A stretch of 64,000 nucleotides of DNA from an uncultured Methylococcaceae bacterium (GCA_964528035.1 CAZGQY010000001.1:5084-69083); one strand, 5' to 3'. Numbered from the stretch's first letter, positions 1 through 11,600 are shown. The notes: a model not told the origin generated them from the sequence alone. Made by a program: numbers and translations.

Positions 1-66
1 CCCAAGTATAGTTTTCATTTATTTTGACGCGGATCACTTCAGGAATTGATCTAAACGGAGACGGCA

Positions 67-279
67 ATGACCCTATTGAAATTTTCTAAAATTAGTTTAC
101 TTATTGTGCTTTCACTTTCTTTGAATGGGTGTCACCATTGGTTTTCCCGGCATGGAGGACATCACGGAGGACACGGGGGGCATCATGGAGGGCATGGACG
201 GCATTATTCTCCACACAGCATGAATCAAATTGATTTACAAAAGCCGGCAGTGACAGCGGTCAGCGTTGAACGCACATAA
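67..279 (+). CDS. small secreted His/Gly-rich putative lipoprotein (70 aa)
   Basis: ATG at 67 with GGAG at 57-60 (6-nt spacer). The N-terminal hydrophobic signal ends in a lipobox-like LSLNGC. It is followed by HHWFSRHGGHHGGHGGHHGGHGRH (10 His and 9 Gly in 24 residues), encoded by imperfect cat-gga-gg repeats. Confidence 0.5.
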   Translation: MTLLKFSKISLLIVLSLSLNGCHHWFSRHGGHHGGHGGHHGGHGRHYSPHSMNQIDLQKPAVTAVSVERT

Positions 280-714
280 ACCCCATAATCCTGTGCGGCA
301 GAGTAAAATCAACTTCATAACCAACCGAAGTATCACGCCAGACAACCCGATGGGGCCAATTTTCAATATTGCCATCAGCAACAATAAAGGATTAAAAACC
401 GGCACTAAAACGTCTCGGCTGATGTCCAGTCCCAAGAAACGAAAACCTCGAAAAGTCCATTATCAACTAAAGAAAACAGTCCATTTAAAGAAAAAGAGTT
501 ACGATGAAAGCAATTAAACCTCTGTCTGGATAACTAAATATCAAAACTGCCGATTAATTTTAGACTCCCTCCATCAAAATCAATACAATCCCCTATAAAT
601 ATAGTTAACTAAACCCAACCTTTGGGGAAGCTTAGGTTAACAAATTTTTTCCGTCACACTATCGCTCTACAGATTAAATGCTCTTAGATTGCGCAGATAA
701 ATAAGAGAAAGCTA

Positions 715-1473
715 ATGATTAAACAACTCCTACTGAAAAAAGCCAAAATAACCTTTGGCTTTTTGAATACTTACATTAGGAAAAAAGGGCAAAAATATGA
801 CGACTCAAAATGGTGGGATACTTCATTTTATACGGAAGGTGTTTCGGATAGGCAAACAATTTCGTTGAAAAAAAACTTCATTACTGCTAAGTACCACTAC
901 GCATCGATGGAATTGCAGATTCTCAAGCACCTGCGAAACAAAGAAATACATGTCAACCAATCGAATCTAATGGATATAGGCTCTGGTTCAGGCCATTGGA
1001 TTGATTTTTACAAAACACTCGAAGTGGGCAGTATTACTGGAATGGATGTTTCGCGTTCATCATTCAAATATCTGTCGCAGAAATATTCTGGAGATGCCAG
1101 CATAGAAATCCACCAAGGGAAAGCTCTTGAAGTAATCGCCAACCTTGATAATAGTTTTGACATAATAAATGCCGTTGGAGTCATGTTCCACATTATTGAT
1201 GATTCCGAATGGCAGAATACAATATTTTCCATCGCTAATACACTGAAGAGTGGTGGTTTATTTATCATCGGCGGCCATTTTGGCTTCTTAGACGGGCTGA
1301 ATGTACAAATTGACAGCGATGGCTACATTAATAAAAGATTGAGAAGCAAAGGACACTGGGTGCGTACATTAAAGCAGGCTGGATTCACAAACATCAAACT
1401 GTATCGAAATAATAGCTACCTTTGGATTAATGATTCACTTCCTGAAAACAATGTGTTGGTGGCCACTAAATAA
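715..1473 (+). CDS. class I SAM-dependent methyltransferase, substrate unknown
   Basis: 252-aa ORF. Motif I is DIGSGSGHW and post-I is GMDVS. FDIINAVGVMFHI and LKSGGLFIIGG are typical of Rossmann-fold methyltransferases. Confidence 0.75.
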   Translation: MIKQLLLKKAKITFGFLNTYIRKKGQKYDDSKWWDTSFYTEGVSDRQTISLKKNFITAKYHYASMELQILKHLRNKEIHVNQSNLMDIGSGSGHWIDFYKTLEVGSITGMDVSRSSFKYLSQKYSGDASIEIHQGKALEVIANLDNSFDIINAVGVMFHIIDDSEWQNTIFSIANTLKSGGLFIIGGHFGFLDGLNVQIDSDGYINKRLRSKGHWVRTLKQAGFTNIKLYRNNSYLWINDSLPENNVLVATK

Positions 1474-1579
1474 ATTCACGCCCAACAAGGGTAATTCAAG
1501 GGACACAGTCTTAAATTACCATTTCTTGCCATCGACCCCGGTTTCTTTTTCTTTAAATCTCACCCCAGAAGTCTTTCCG

Positions 1580-3592
1580 CTAACTCAACAAACTTTTCAA
1601 CTGGCTTAAATTTTCACGAGCAGTATCCCGTCGAGCCTCCTGATCAACCTCTTCTCTAGCTTTCCAATCTATATCGTCCGCAGAAAATTCATTGAGAAAA
1701 CGACTCGGTGTTGTTGCCAGCAGCTCTCCGTATCGTTTTCTGTGAGTACAGTAATGTAATGTAACCGTTCGTTGCGCACGGGTAATTCCGACATAGGCAA
1801 GCCGGCGTTCTTCTTCTATATTGTCATCATCAATACTCGACCGATGGGGTAATAAATTTTCTTCAAAACCCATAATGTGAACGTGTGGAAACTCAAGACC
1901 CTTGGCCGAATGCAAGGTCATTAACTGCACCCAGTCACCCTCATTTTCCTGCTGGTTCCTATCCAACACATCGAGTATTGCCATTTTTGCTATTCTCTCA
2001 GCAAGTGTCAGTTCGCTGCCCTGTTCACCCCCAACTGTCTGTAACCAGCGGATCAAATCATTAACGTTATTGATTTTTCGCTGCGCTGTTTTGAGTGATT
2101 TATTGGAATCTTTCAACCAGTTTTCGTAATCAATCTCGTCTAGGAACTGCGATACCACCTCAAAGGTATCGCCCATTTCAAGTCGCTTGGAAGTATTCAT
2201 AATTGTTTTACTAAATACATCTAAACGAGCACAAGCTCTTGTTGATAGCAGTGTCTGTAAACCCAACTCGCAGCTCGCGGAAAACAGGCTTAATCCCCGC
2301 TTAGTTGCATAATTACTCAAAGTTTCCAGAGTGGCACTACCAATAGCCCGTCTGGGAGTATTGACGATCCGTAAGAATGCCGGATCGTCATCCTGATTAC
2401 ACAGCAATCTGAGATAAGCAAGAATGTCTTTAACTTCGACTAGATTAAAAAAAGAATCACCACCACTCAGGTGATAGGGGACATTATTCTCACGTAAGGC
2501 TTTTTCAATTAAGCGAGACTGATGGTTGCCTCGATATAAAACCGCATAATCATGAAACTTTGAATCAAATTTGAATTTGTGATGAACTATTTCCGAGGCA
2601 ATCTGTTGGGCTTCATATTCTTCCGACCGATGATTCATCACTCGCAAACATGCGCCAGGGGCATGAGCGCTCCACAAGCGTTTCTCAAAAACATGTGGAT
2701 TGTTCTGAATGAGTGTATTGGCTGCACTCAAAATCCGCCCCGTGGAGCGGTAGTTCTGTTCGAGTTTGATGACTCTAAGGCGTGGATAATCCATCTTCAG
2801 ATTCGACAAATTTTCCGGACGGGCACCTCGCCATGAATAGACAGACTGATCATCATCGCCAACCACTGTAAATTGGCCCAATTTTCCGGACACAAGTTTC
2901 ACAAGCTGATACTGCGTCAAATTCGTGTCCTGGTATTCATCCACAAGCAGATAGCGAATTCTATTCTGCCAACGCTCCAGAATATCGCCTTTCTGCTTAA
3001 ACATAAGCACTGGCTGAAAAATCAGGTCATCAAAATCAACTGCATTGTAAGCTGTTAACTTTCTGTTATATTCTTCATACAAATGTGCTGCAATACTTTG
3101 CACCGGATTGGCAGATTGCATTACAGCCTCTTCAACAGTTATACACTGGTTTTTCCATGTTCTGATGAAATCCGATACGCTGGACAGGAGTTCGGATTCC
3201 TCAGAATTTTCGCATTGATTCAGCAAGTCCTGAATCAATGTAAGTCGATCATGCTCATCGAATATAGAAACCGATGATTTGGACTGCTGCTCCGATTTAA
3301 GGATATCCAGACCCAGGGAATGAAAAGTAGAGACTCTTAGACCTCTGAGTCGACGACTATCCAAAAGCCTGGTGACTCGAGTGTGCATTTCGCGTGCTGC
3401 TTTATTTGTGAAGGTAATGGCTGCAATATTACGGGCAGAAACACCCTGATCGACTAAATACGCAATTTTCTCGGTAATGACCCGAGTCTTTCCACTGCCC
3501 GCACCGGCAAGGACCAATAACGGCCGATTCAGCTCTTGAATAGCAGCCTGTTGTTGTGGGTTAAGTTTCGACACGGCTTGAAAGCAGGACAC
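1580..3592 (-). CDS. rep: ATP-dependent DNA helicase Rep (SF1, UvrD/Rep family)
   Basis: 670-aa ORF. Motifs seen: Walker A AGAGSGKT, LLVDEYQDTN, VGDDDQSVYSWRGA, EQNYRS, LMTLHSAKGLEF, RRLAYVGITRA. It is collinear with E. coli Rep (673 aa) as I recall that sequence. Confidence 0.9.
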   Translation of the reverse strand: MSCFQAVSKLNPQQQAAIQELNRPLLVLAGAGSGKTRVITEKIAYLVDQGVSARNIAAITFTNKAAREMHTRVTRLLDSRRLRGLRVSTFHSLGLDILKSEQQSKSSVSIFDEHDRLTLIQDLLNQCENSEESELLSSVSDFIRTWKNQCITVEEAVMQSANPVQSIAAHLYEEYNRKLTAYNAVDFDDLIFQPVLMFKQKGDILERWQNRIRYLLVDEYQDTNLTQYQLVKLVSGKLGQFTVVGDDDQSVYSWRGARPENLSNLKMDYPRLRVIKLEQNYRSTGRILSAANTLIQNNPHVFEKRLWSAHAPGACLRVMNHRSEEYEAQQIASEIVHHKFKFDSKFHDYAVLYRGNHQSRLIEKALRENNVPYHLSGGDSFFNLVEVKDILAYLRLLCNQDDDPAFLRIVNTPRRAIGSATLETLSNYATKRGLSLFSASCELGLQTLLSTRACARLDVFSKTIMNTSKRLEMGDTFEVVSQFLDEIDYENWLKDSNKSLKTAQRKINNVNDLIRWLQTVGGEQGSELTLAERIAKMAILDVLDRNQQENEGDWVQLMTLHSAKGLEFPHVHIMGFEENLLPHRSSIDDDNIEEERRLAYVGITRAQRTVTLHYCTHRKRYGELLATTPSRFLNEFSADDIDWKAREEVDQEARRDTARENLSQLKSLLS

Positions 3593-3643
3593 TATAGGCG
3601 ATCAGTTATCGACTATAGCCGCCCAAAATACTCGATTACTGAT

Positions 3644-4369
3644 TCAACCAGCAGCAGTCCGACATTTGTTATAGGCATCCATACGGGCAAGATAATTGTC
3701 GACAAATTCCTGGATTACATCATAGTCATATTCACGCATCCCACTAATCAGTAATCGTTTAAAACCTCTGCCGACAATTTTTGAATCGGCACTGATATCA
3801 AAATGCAGGCGAGCAACTCCGCGTTTACCATTAACTTCCAAATCAGTATCTGCCGCCTCAAGCTGCGGATCACTAAAATCCAGATGATCCAGTTCAAACG
3901 ACATGCTTTCATAAATGACCAATGGTCGCTCAGTATTAATCATGACATTGTGCTCAGCCATCAATGGCACAAGGACATGAGGAAAATTAGGGCCGGAAAA
4001 AGCAACATACTCACGCAGAAATGCCTCAATAAGATCACTATTCCGAGTGTTGCTACCGTTTCGGTTCACATGTAAATATGCCTTTTCCGCATCATCGCAA
4101 ATATCCAGTATATTGGCATCACTTTCGGGGAAATTGAGGGGCACATCACGCCCGACCATACCGGCAAAAGTAAAGCTCATTTGCTTATTCAAACCATATT
4201 TTTCAAGAACAATAGAAAACAGGAGGTCACCGGGAACACAAAATCGCTTCGCATCGGTATCGTGCAGCGGATTAAAATCGCCCGCAATATCTTTCGCAAA
4301 AGAACTCGCCTGTTCAGCGCTGATTACAACCTGGGCATCAAGCCCGGTATAAAATTGATGCAAAAACAT
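3644..4369 (-). CDS. conserved hypothetical protein, possible MaoC-like hot-dog fold
   Basis: 241-aa ORF ending 51 nt before the rep start. The N-terminal AGDFNPLHD resembles the GDxNPxHxD hydratase motif of MaoC-like dehydratases. I recognise nothing else in it. Confidence 0.55.
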   Translation of the reverse strand: MFLHQFYTGLDAQVVISAEQASSFAKDIAGDFNPLHDTDAKRFCVPGDLLFSIVLEKYGLNKQMSFTFAGMVGRDVPLNFPESDANILDICDDAEKAYLHVNRNGSNTRNSDLIEAFLREYVAFSGPNFPHVLVPLMAEHNVMINTERPLVIYESMSFELDHLDFSDPQLEAADTDLEVNGKRGVARLHFDISADSKIVGRGFKRLLISGMREYDYDVIQEFVDNYLARMDAYNKCRTAAG

Positions 4370-4459
4370 GAATAAATATTCTGTAATGGTTAGACATAAA
4401 ACAACCTCAGCGAAAGGCGACCCGAAATTAGAAAGCGGCCTGTTGCGGAAACCTGTATG

Positions 4460-4605
4460 TAACTGCTCGCCCCTCTATGGGTGATCTGTTCCGGAAGACG
4501 CCGTAAATACATCCTTGTAGGCTTGGATGCGGCTTCCCTGCCGCATACACTTCCTCCACAGATCACCCATAGAGGGCTGTTTCGATTTGGGGGTAAGTAG
4601 TTACA
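4460..4605. mobile_element. MITE-like structured repeat, copy A (146 bp)
   Basis: A 6-bp terminal inverted repeat, gtaact (4460-4465) / agttac (4600-4605), is flanked by identical 8-bp direct repeats acctgtat (4452-4459 and 4606-4613). There is an internal ~20-bp stem, gcccctctatgggtgatctgt (4470-4490) / acagatcacccatagagggc (4559-4578). Positions 4460-4584 match 21175-21298 with about 8 differences by eye. Confidence 0.6.
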
Positions 4606-4630
4606 CCTGTATTTTATCTGTTTAGTTTAT

Positions 4631-5983
4631 TCAGCAACCCGCGACGGTCATTTGCTCGACCAGCCACGACCCGGTTCTGGTATTACCACGCAGGTCAACA
4701 TCATTGCCAACCGCGACCAAATTTTTGAAGATATCTTTAAGATTCCCTGCAACAGTGATTTCTTCAACTGGATATTGTACTTCTCCATTTTCCACCCAAT
4801 AACCTGCCGCGCCTCGGGAATAGTCTCCGGTCACGATGTTCACCCCCTGCCCCATCAATTCCGTTATCAGTAAGCCGGTTCCCATTTCAGCGAGCAATCC
4901 TGGTTGATCCAGACTCCCAGGATCCACTGTAAGATTGTGAACGCCTCCTGCATTGCCCGTTGTTGGCATTCCCAGCTTACGCCCGGAATAACTACTCAAC
5001 ACATACGATTTAAGAATACCCTGGGAAACAATATCCCGCGTTTTACAGCTCACTCCTTCACTATCGTAACAAGCTCCACCTAGGGATTTTATAAGGTAGG
5101 GTTGCTCGTGAATCCTTACAAACGGTGGAAATACTGATTTATCAATATAATCGAGCAAAAAGGTAGACTTCCTGTATACACTACCGCCACGAATAGCTCC
5201 TATAAAATGTCCAACTAAACTTGAGGCAACTTCGGCTGCGTATATAACCGGACAAGTCCGAGTGGACAAGGATTTTGCCTGCAGGCGCCGCAATGTTCTG
5301 CTTGCCGCTTTTTCACCCACTGTATGAGCCGATTCCAGTTCAGCTTTATCACGCGCAACCGTATACCAGTAATCTCGTTGCATACTGTCGCCTCGTTTCC
5401 CCAGTACACTACAATGCAGACTGTGGCGAGTACCACGCTCGCCTTGAAGAAATCCCAGACTATTACCAAATACGCGCATTCCCTGGTAGGTATCAACATT
5501 TGCACCTTCTGAATTGACAATTTCCTCGTGATATCCACGGGCAATATTCTCGCATTCAACCGCGAGGTCGATAGCCTCATCAACTTTTAGTGCCCAGGGA
5601 TGATCAAGATCCAGCTCTGGAAATTGTGTAGCTAACATGTCGGCATCAGGGAGTCCGGCAAACTCGTCTTCTGTTGAATATCGTGCTATGCGACACGCTG
5701 CGCTTACCGTATCCTTCAAAGCGGAAAGTGAAAAGTCTGTTGTATTCGCCGAACCTTTTTTCTGACCAAAATAAACCGTTACACCAAAACTCTGACCTTT
5801 GTGGTGTTCCACTGTTTCAACATCGCCCAATCGGGCTGTCACCGACAAACCAACATCCACACTCAAACCGGCATCCGCTGAACTGGCTCCCTGTTTGGCC
5901 GATTCTTTCAATAAATCATTAACAATTTCCAAGGAACGGCTCAGCCCGTTGGAATCCAACTCAATTGCAACTTTACTCACCAA
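4631..5983 (-). CDS. pmbA: metalloprotease PmbA (TldE)
   Basis: 450-aa ORF, the same length as E. coli PmbA and collinear with it from memory (GSVYRKSTFLLD, TGDYSRGAAGYWVENGEVQYPVEEITVAGNLKD). It lies next to tldD. Confidence 0.9.
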   Translation of the reverse strand: MVSKVAIELDSNGLSRSLEIVNDLLKESAKQGASSADAGLSVDVGLSVTARLGDVETVEHHKGQSFGVTVYFGQKKGSANTTDFSLSALKDTVSAACRIARYSTEDEFAGLPDADMLATQFPELDLDHPWALKVDEAIDLAVECENIARGYHEEIVNSEGANVDTYQGMRVFGNSLGFLQGERGTRHSLHCSVLGKRGDSMQRDYWYTVARDKAELESAHTVGEKAASRTLRRLQAKSLSTRTCPVIYAAEVASSLVGHFIGAIRGGSVYRKSTFLLDYIDKSVFPPFVRIHEQPYLIKSLGGACYDSEGVSCKTRDIVSQGILKSYVLSSYSGRKLGMPTTGNAGGVHNLTVDPGSLDQPGLLAEMGTGLLITELMGQGVNIVTGDYSRGAAGYWVENGEVQYPVEEITVAGNLKDIFKNLVAVGNDVDLRGNTRTGSWLVEQMTVAGC

Positions 5984-6052
5984 TGATGATGCCTCTTTAA
6001 GATTAACAGAAAATTGTCCAGGAATTGAGAACGTCCAGAATTTCCATTTCGA

Positions 6053-7501
6053 TCAAACACTGGTACCACCCACAGTAAGCCCATCAATCTTCAATGTGGG
6101 CTGACCGACACCGACCGGCACACTTTGCCCGTCTTTTCCGCAGGTTCCAACACCACTATCGAATTCCAGATCATTTCCAACCATAGTGACACGGGTTAAA
6201 ACGTCAGGCCCATTACCAATCAAGGTTGCACCTTTGACTGGCGAGGTAATTTTTCCCTTTTCTATCAGATACGCTTCGCTGGCGGAAAAAACGAATTTTC
6301 CAGATGTAATGTCAACCTGTCCTCCCCCAAAATTTTTGGCGTACAAACCTTTTTCCACAGAACTAATGATTTCTGCAGGTTCGTGAGGCCCCGGCATCAT
6401 ATAGGTATTAGTCATACGCGGCATCGGTAAATGCGCATAGGACTCTCGGCGACCATTACCGGTAGATGTAACTCCCATCAACCGGGCATTGAGCTTATCC
6501 TGCATATATCCCTTTAAAATACCATTCTCTATGAGCACTGTGTTCTCAGTTTCCGTTCCTTCATCATCAACATTCAGAGAACCTCTTCGTTCAGCTAATG
6601 TACCATTATCAACCACTGTACATAAATCTCCCGCCACCCGCTCGCCAACACGGCCGCTGAATGCCGAGGTTTGTTTACGGTTAAAATCGCCTTCCAGGCC
6701 ATGGCCTATGGCTTCATGCAACAATATACCCGGCCAACCCGGCCCAAGAACAACCACCATATTTCCAGCAGGTGCATCAACTGCCTCAAGATTAACCAAA
6801 GCTTGCCGCACTGCTTCGCGACCATATTCCAGTCCCCGCTGCTTATCCAGAAAATAGCCATAATCCAATCGCGCACCGCCACCCGAAGCACCTTGCTCGC
6901 GGCGTCCATCCTGCTCGACAATCACAGACACATTCAAACGTACCAGAGGACGCACGTCACTGACCATTCGACCATCCTGAGAAATCACCATGACCACATC
7001 GTATGCGCCAATAAGGCTGATGATAACTTGCTCAACTCGCTGATCGAGTTTTCGAGTTTCCCTGTCAATGGAATTCAATAAATCGATTTTTTCCTGCTCG
7101 GGGATAGATTGCAAAGGATCCGCAGGCCTATACAAATTATTAACACAAGGTGCAGATTTCAAATTGACTATGACCTCGCCACCACTGCGAGAAATACTGG
7201 CAACATTTTTTGCCGCTGCAAGCAAAGACGGCAGTTCAAGATCATCACTGTAGGCAAAGCCGGTTTTCTCGCCACATATAGCCCGTACACCAACACCTTG
7301 TTCAATACTGTGACTGCCTTCTTTTATTATTCTATCTTCCAACACCCACGATTCGTATCGACTGGACTGGAAATAGATATCCGCAGCATCCACAGATTTA
7401 CTCAACAATTCCGACATCACTCGATCAATGTCGTGGTCAGCAAGTCCAGCCGGGTCTAAGATTGAGTTGCGAGCTACGAGCAGGGAGTCTTGATTATCCA
7501 T
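6053..7501 (-). CDS. tldD: metalloprotease TldD
   Basis: [15 protein letters not shown] metal-binding motif. I chose the start at ATG 7501 (MDNQDS..., 482 aa, matching E. coli TldD at 481 aa). The 47-codon upstream extension in the ORF track would overlap the preceding gene and is hydrophobic with no resemblance to TldD. Confidence 0.9.
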   Translation of the reverse strand: MDNQDSLLVARNSILDPAGLADHDIDRVMSELLSKSVDAADIYFQSSRYESWVLEDRIIKEGSHSIEQGVGVRAICGEKTGFAYSDDLELPSLLAAAKNVASISRSGGEVIVNLKSAPCVNNLYRPADPLQSIPEQEKIDLLNSIDRETRKLDQRVEQVIISLIGAYDVVMVISQDGRMVSDVRPLVRLNVSVIVEQDGRREQGASGGGARLDYGYFLDKQRGLEYGREAVRQALVNLEAVDAPAGNMVVVLGPGWPGILLHEAIGHGLEGDFNRKQTSAFSGRVGERVAGDLCTVVDNGTLAERRGSLNVDDEGTETENTVLIENGILKGYMQDKLNARLMGVTSTGNGRRESYAHLPMPRMTNTYMMPGPHEPAEIISSVEKGLYAKNFGGGQVDITSGKFVFSASEAYLIEKGKITSPVKGATLIGNGPDVLTRVTMVGNDLEFDSGVGTCGKDGQSVPVGVGQPTLKIDGLTVGGTSV

Positions 7502-7505
7502 CGTA

Positions 7506-8363
7506 TTAACCGCAAACAAGTCGTCTATGTTGCAAAGCAGGAAAACTGCCCCGAACACGCTCAAGTTGATTTTGATCGACATCCGCACAAACAACACCAG
7601 CGCCAGTGGAACGTTTTGCCAATATCGTACCCCAAGGATCAACGATCATACTATGACCAAAAGTTTTTCGTCCGTTCACATGAAATCCACCCTGGTTCGC
7701 AGCAACAACATAGCATAGGTTTTCCACCGCCCGGGCTCGTACCAGTAACTCCCAATGTGCTGCTCCAGTCTCTGCAGTAAATGCAGCAGGAATAGCAATA
7801 ATATCCACACCCTGACCCAGCATCCAGCGAATCAATTCAGGAAACCGTAGATCATAACAGATTGCAATTCCCAATCGCCCAAATGGCGTATCCAGTACTC
7901 GAGGCTTGTTACCTGCTTCTATGGTATCTGATTCTCTATATTGCTCATCTGTTCCTGGAACATCAACATCAAACAGGTGAATTTTATCGTATCGTGCAAC
8001 TTGTTCACCCTGGTCGTTATACACCAGGCAGGTTGCGCGAATCTTATTCTCCGAATGCGCTGCTAACGGAACTGTACCTCCGACAATCCATACTGATTCT
8101 TTTTTCGCAGACTGCATCAAAAAATTTTGTATGACGCCTTCTCCTTCTTGTTCAATATGTTCCAGTTTGTCAAATTCAGTCATGCCCATCAAAGCGAAAT
8201 TTTCCGGCAACACAACCAAACCCGCACCCGCATCTGCTGCTTCCCGGATCAAACGTCCGGCTTCAATTAAATTTGCGTCCACATTCGGGCTTGATGCCAT
8301 CTGGATCGCTGCACATTTATTCATACTTTCAAAACCTATCTGTTTTTTCTCGGCATCGCTCAT
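7506..8363 (-). CDS. carbon-nitrogen hydrolase (nitrilase superfamily) protein
   Basis: 285-aa ORF. The Glu-Lys-Cys triad contexts are VVLPENF, YDKIHLF and [12 protein letters not shown]. It sits between yhdP and tldD. Confidence 0.85.
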   Translation of the reverse strand: MSDAEKKQIGFESMNKCAAIQMASSPNVDANLIEAGRLIREAADAGAGLVVLPENFALMGMTEFDKLEHIEQEGEGVIQNFLMQSAKKESVWIVGGTVPLAAHSENKIRATCLVYNDQGEQVARYDKIHLFDVDVPGTDEQYRESDTIEAGNKPRVLDTPFGRLGIAICYDLRFPELIRWMLGQGVDIIAIPAAFTAETGAAHWELLVRARAVENLCYVVAANQGGFHVNGRKTFGHSMIVDPWGTILAKRSTGAGVVCADVDQNQLERVRGSFPALQHRRLVCG

Positions 8364-8629
8364 AATTCACTGAAAACCCGTACTGATCGAATCCGATACT
8401 ACTTAAGCAATTAGCTAAATCCGCCGCACACCGCCAAATAGCAGACACCACTAAGATACTTCAATTATTAACGAAATCCACACAACGAGTTTCAGAGACA
8501 GCGTGTACGCCTTTGTTTGTTCGGGGCCTGAAACCATCCCTGCTACACAAGCCTAAATAACTAACAGCTTGCATTCCCCATTAAAGAGATATACTAAAAT
8601 ATTACAATTTACGACAATCAACAAATACA

Positions 8630-11600
8630 TCATTCCGCAGGGTTGAAATCAGGTAACCAACCATTTCGCAATAGACCACCAGACCCTGGTAACCGGGTAA
8701 TAGCTGGACTGTCCCATTTACCAGTCACCCCGTATTGCCGACTAATTAATCCATCAACTGCATGACCCGGTAGTTGCTGGTTTAACAAAACTGACGCCCC
8801 CATTGCCACAACACCTTTGGGTATTACAGTAACTATGTCGTCAAGCTTCTCATCAACCAGATCAATATCTCCCTCAACGGTAATATTTGCCGGCACGGCG
8901 TTAATATAAAACTGTCTAATTGTCGCACGTCCGTCAAGTAATTGAAAAGAGCTTTTCAACTCATCGAATGCCAGACCAACCCCAAACAAATGCCCGAAAT
9001 CAAGTAGCAATAAGCTTTTCAAGGCATCCAGATTAAATAAGCCAAATAAATGACCGATCCCTGGCTCGACAGTCAATAAACGTCCTTGCCCAAATTCAAT
9101 ATCCGCACTTCCAGATAATGAATCGGCCTGCAACTGGAAGGGTGCACCCTTCCAGTTCAGATTAAATTTAGTTTGTGTCGCTGATTTTTCAATCACGTCT
9201 GCCTTTCCCATATGAGAAAGAAACAGTCCTAAATCATCGATTTTCAAATCTCCACTTACAGACGATGCTATTCGTCGTCCCAGTTGTAACCAGTCTCCAG
9301 ACAAATTTAAACGATGATTCGTATCAGCAACAGTCAGCCGGTTGATTTTTATGCCTTTTGATTGTTTAGAGGTCAGTAATTCCAAGCGTCCAAAATGTAT
9401 TTTTTTCAAAATAAAATCAGCCGCCTTAATCCTTAGAGGTGGAATTGCTTGTGGTTCCCATTGTGTGGTTTTCTCTACTGTGACCCCTTCCTTATCCTTA
9501 AACTGAGGGAGTTTTAAAACATTCAAATCCATTTCTATGCCCGAATTTTTTTCACCACCACCGAAAGTACTGATATATCCATCTATATATTGGTTTTTTG
9601 AAAATCCAAGCCATTTCTTTCCTTGCTTGCGCATACTGAATTCCAGAGCACCAAAATCCTGGTTTGAATATTTCAAATGAGACGTGTTAATCTCTACTCT
9701 GCTCAGTAACCCGGAACTTGTTGCCGATTTTGTAGAAAAGGATTTAAAAAACCTATGCCAGGGATCAAGATCAATCGATTCGGCGTGTGCATAAATTCCC
9801 AGCCCGGTACTGGGGTCGTCCGCTATCGTAGTACCCCCCAATTGAACAACACCGCGTTTCAAGTTTAGATTTTTTTCATCCCCAGAATAGATTAGATGGC
9901 TTTTAAACACTCTATCATATTCTATATTCAGTGGAATATCCCTGTCCTTCTCAAGATGCATTTTCAATCTCAGTGGCCGAATCTGTCGCGCTGATTTGGC
10001 AAGCGGTGCTGGCAATTTGACCTCGATTCCCTTTAAATTCGACATCAAACTTATATCAGCAAAAAGTTTCTCGCTGAGTTTGGGAATGTTCAAATCTATT
10101 CGATAATTAGAACGGCCACCAAAATGCTCCCACAAATCGGAAGCATAGTGTTTTCTCAGTTGACCAACCCCCATTTCCCCGGATATTTTCAGCGCCATAC
10201 CCGATTCGATATCACTTAATTCAAGTGTGACCGGTGCCCCGAATATCCGCGCACTGATTCCCGAACCATTTAACCCGCTATGAGTAAAATTCAAGCGGCC
10301 TTTTATCTGCTCAAAATTTACTGAGAACGTACTTGCTTTGGCTTTTTTCAGATCTATGACACCTTCAACAAGAACTTCACTAACACGGTCTGAAACAGGA
10401 ATTTTCAGCTTCAAATTCAAATTGTTTTCACCGCTCAGAGTAACCACATTTAACAAGGATTCATAGTCGGAACCCAAAGGAGAACGCTTAAGCACCTCCA
10501 ACATCTTGGGTATCGAGCCGTGGGCGGCACCCTTTATATTCATATAATCATCAAAATCAAAATCAGACGTAACTACATTTACTGTATCTATTGCGGCGCC
10601 AAGTATACTGCTACGATTAACATGAATTTCCATACCTGCCTGAAAAAAACGAACGTCACCATTTTCAATGAATGCATGAGGCCAGTCCTGATGATAAATT
10701 AATTCGACGTCACGCGTATTGAACAAAACTTCGAACACACCTTCCGAACCTCTGTATGGAAATGCCTCGACCGGGCCACGCAGTATCATTCCACCTTTGC
10801 TGATCACTCCAGACAAAAATGCCCTATCTAACCAATCGATCGTTGGTTTGGATAACACATTATACGGTAGATAACGATATACCTTTGATCCGTTTCCTTT
10901 ATCAAATTTCACCAGCAAATCAATAACAGGCCCAAGGCTATCTTTAGTCCAGTTTAAAGTCAGTCGAGACCGGGTGGATATATCTGCCGTATTGGCTACG
11001 ATCATTTCACTACTGAGTTCTCGACCCTGAGCACTGGTATTCCAATGTAGAACTCCCTGAAGAGTGTCTAGCAAAATCGGATATCGAAATACTTCAGGCA
11101 GACTAAACTCCGTATTCGTTCCGCCCAATTTCACCCAACCTTTATTTTCATTGCCACAAATTCGGCCAGTTAGATTTTTCACTCCGAGATAATTACGCCA
11201 TGAATTTATTCCCACACCGAGAAATTCTCCACATACCTGGAACTCTCGCAACGCCTCCGACGATTCATCATAGTTCACCCTAAATTTGTGAAGTTCTCCA
11301 CGTGGCGCGAGAGTCTCCAACAGTTGCTGTGTATCCGAGCCAACAATCTGCAAGCCTAAGCCTATGTTGTTTATCTGCTGCAAGTTGACATACGAAGCGA
11401 CCCCGCTGTAACCAGTTCGACCATCTGTACTGTTACGAGTTTGTGCAAAACGAAACCCGTCCACTACTTTTGCATCCTCCAGAAACAATCGATTAAGTGA
11501 AAAATTCCATTGCTTATCGTCTTTTACCCAATTAAAAAAAGTCGACAAATGATTGGGTGAGAAAGACAAATCCGCTTCACCATTAGCAGCTTGAGAGCGA

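Noticed and set aside
266-517. An 83-aa Lys-rich ORF, and the opposite-strand 66-aa ORF, in the 435-bp gap after the His-rich lipoprotein gene.
   Set aside because: There is no SD, the composition is low-complexity basic, and no family resemblance is seen. One minus-strand frame (VADGNIENWPHRVVWRDTSVGYEVDF) looks faintly like an outer-membrane protein remnant, but it is too short and interrupted to call.
715-3592. The methyltransferase next to a helicase, considered as a possible restriction-modification or defence pair.
   Set aside because: The helicase is full-length housekeeping Rep. The two genes are convergent. The methyltransferase has generic small-molecule/protein-type SAM motifs, with no DPPY/NPPY or cytosine-C5 motifs. 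No nuclease is present.
4460-4584. The two-copy structured repeat, considered as a functional small RNA or riboswitch.
   Set aside because: The substitutions in the outer stem of copy B are non-compensatory and disrupt pairing. This argues against selection for the RNA structure and favours a selfish or MITE-like repeat. It still deserves an RNA-seq check.
7502-7642. A 47-codon N-terminal extension of tldD in the ORF track.
   Set aside because: It overlaps the 3' end of the nitrilase-family gene and is hydrophobic sequence unlike TldD. ATG 7501 gives a 482-aa product matching the known TldD length.
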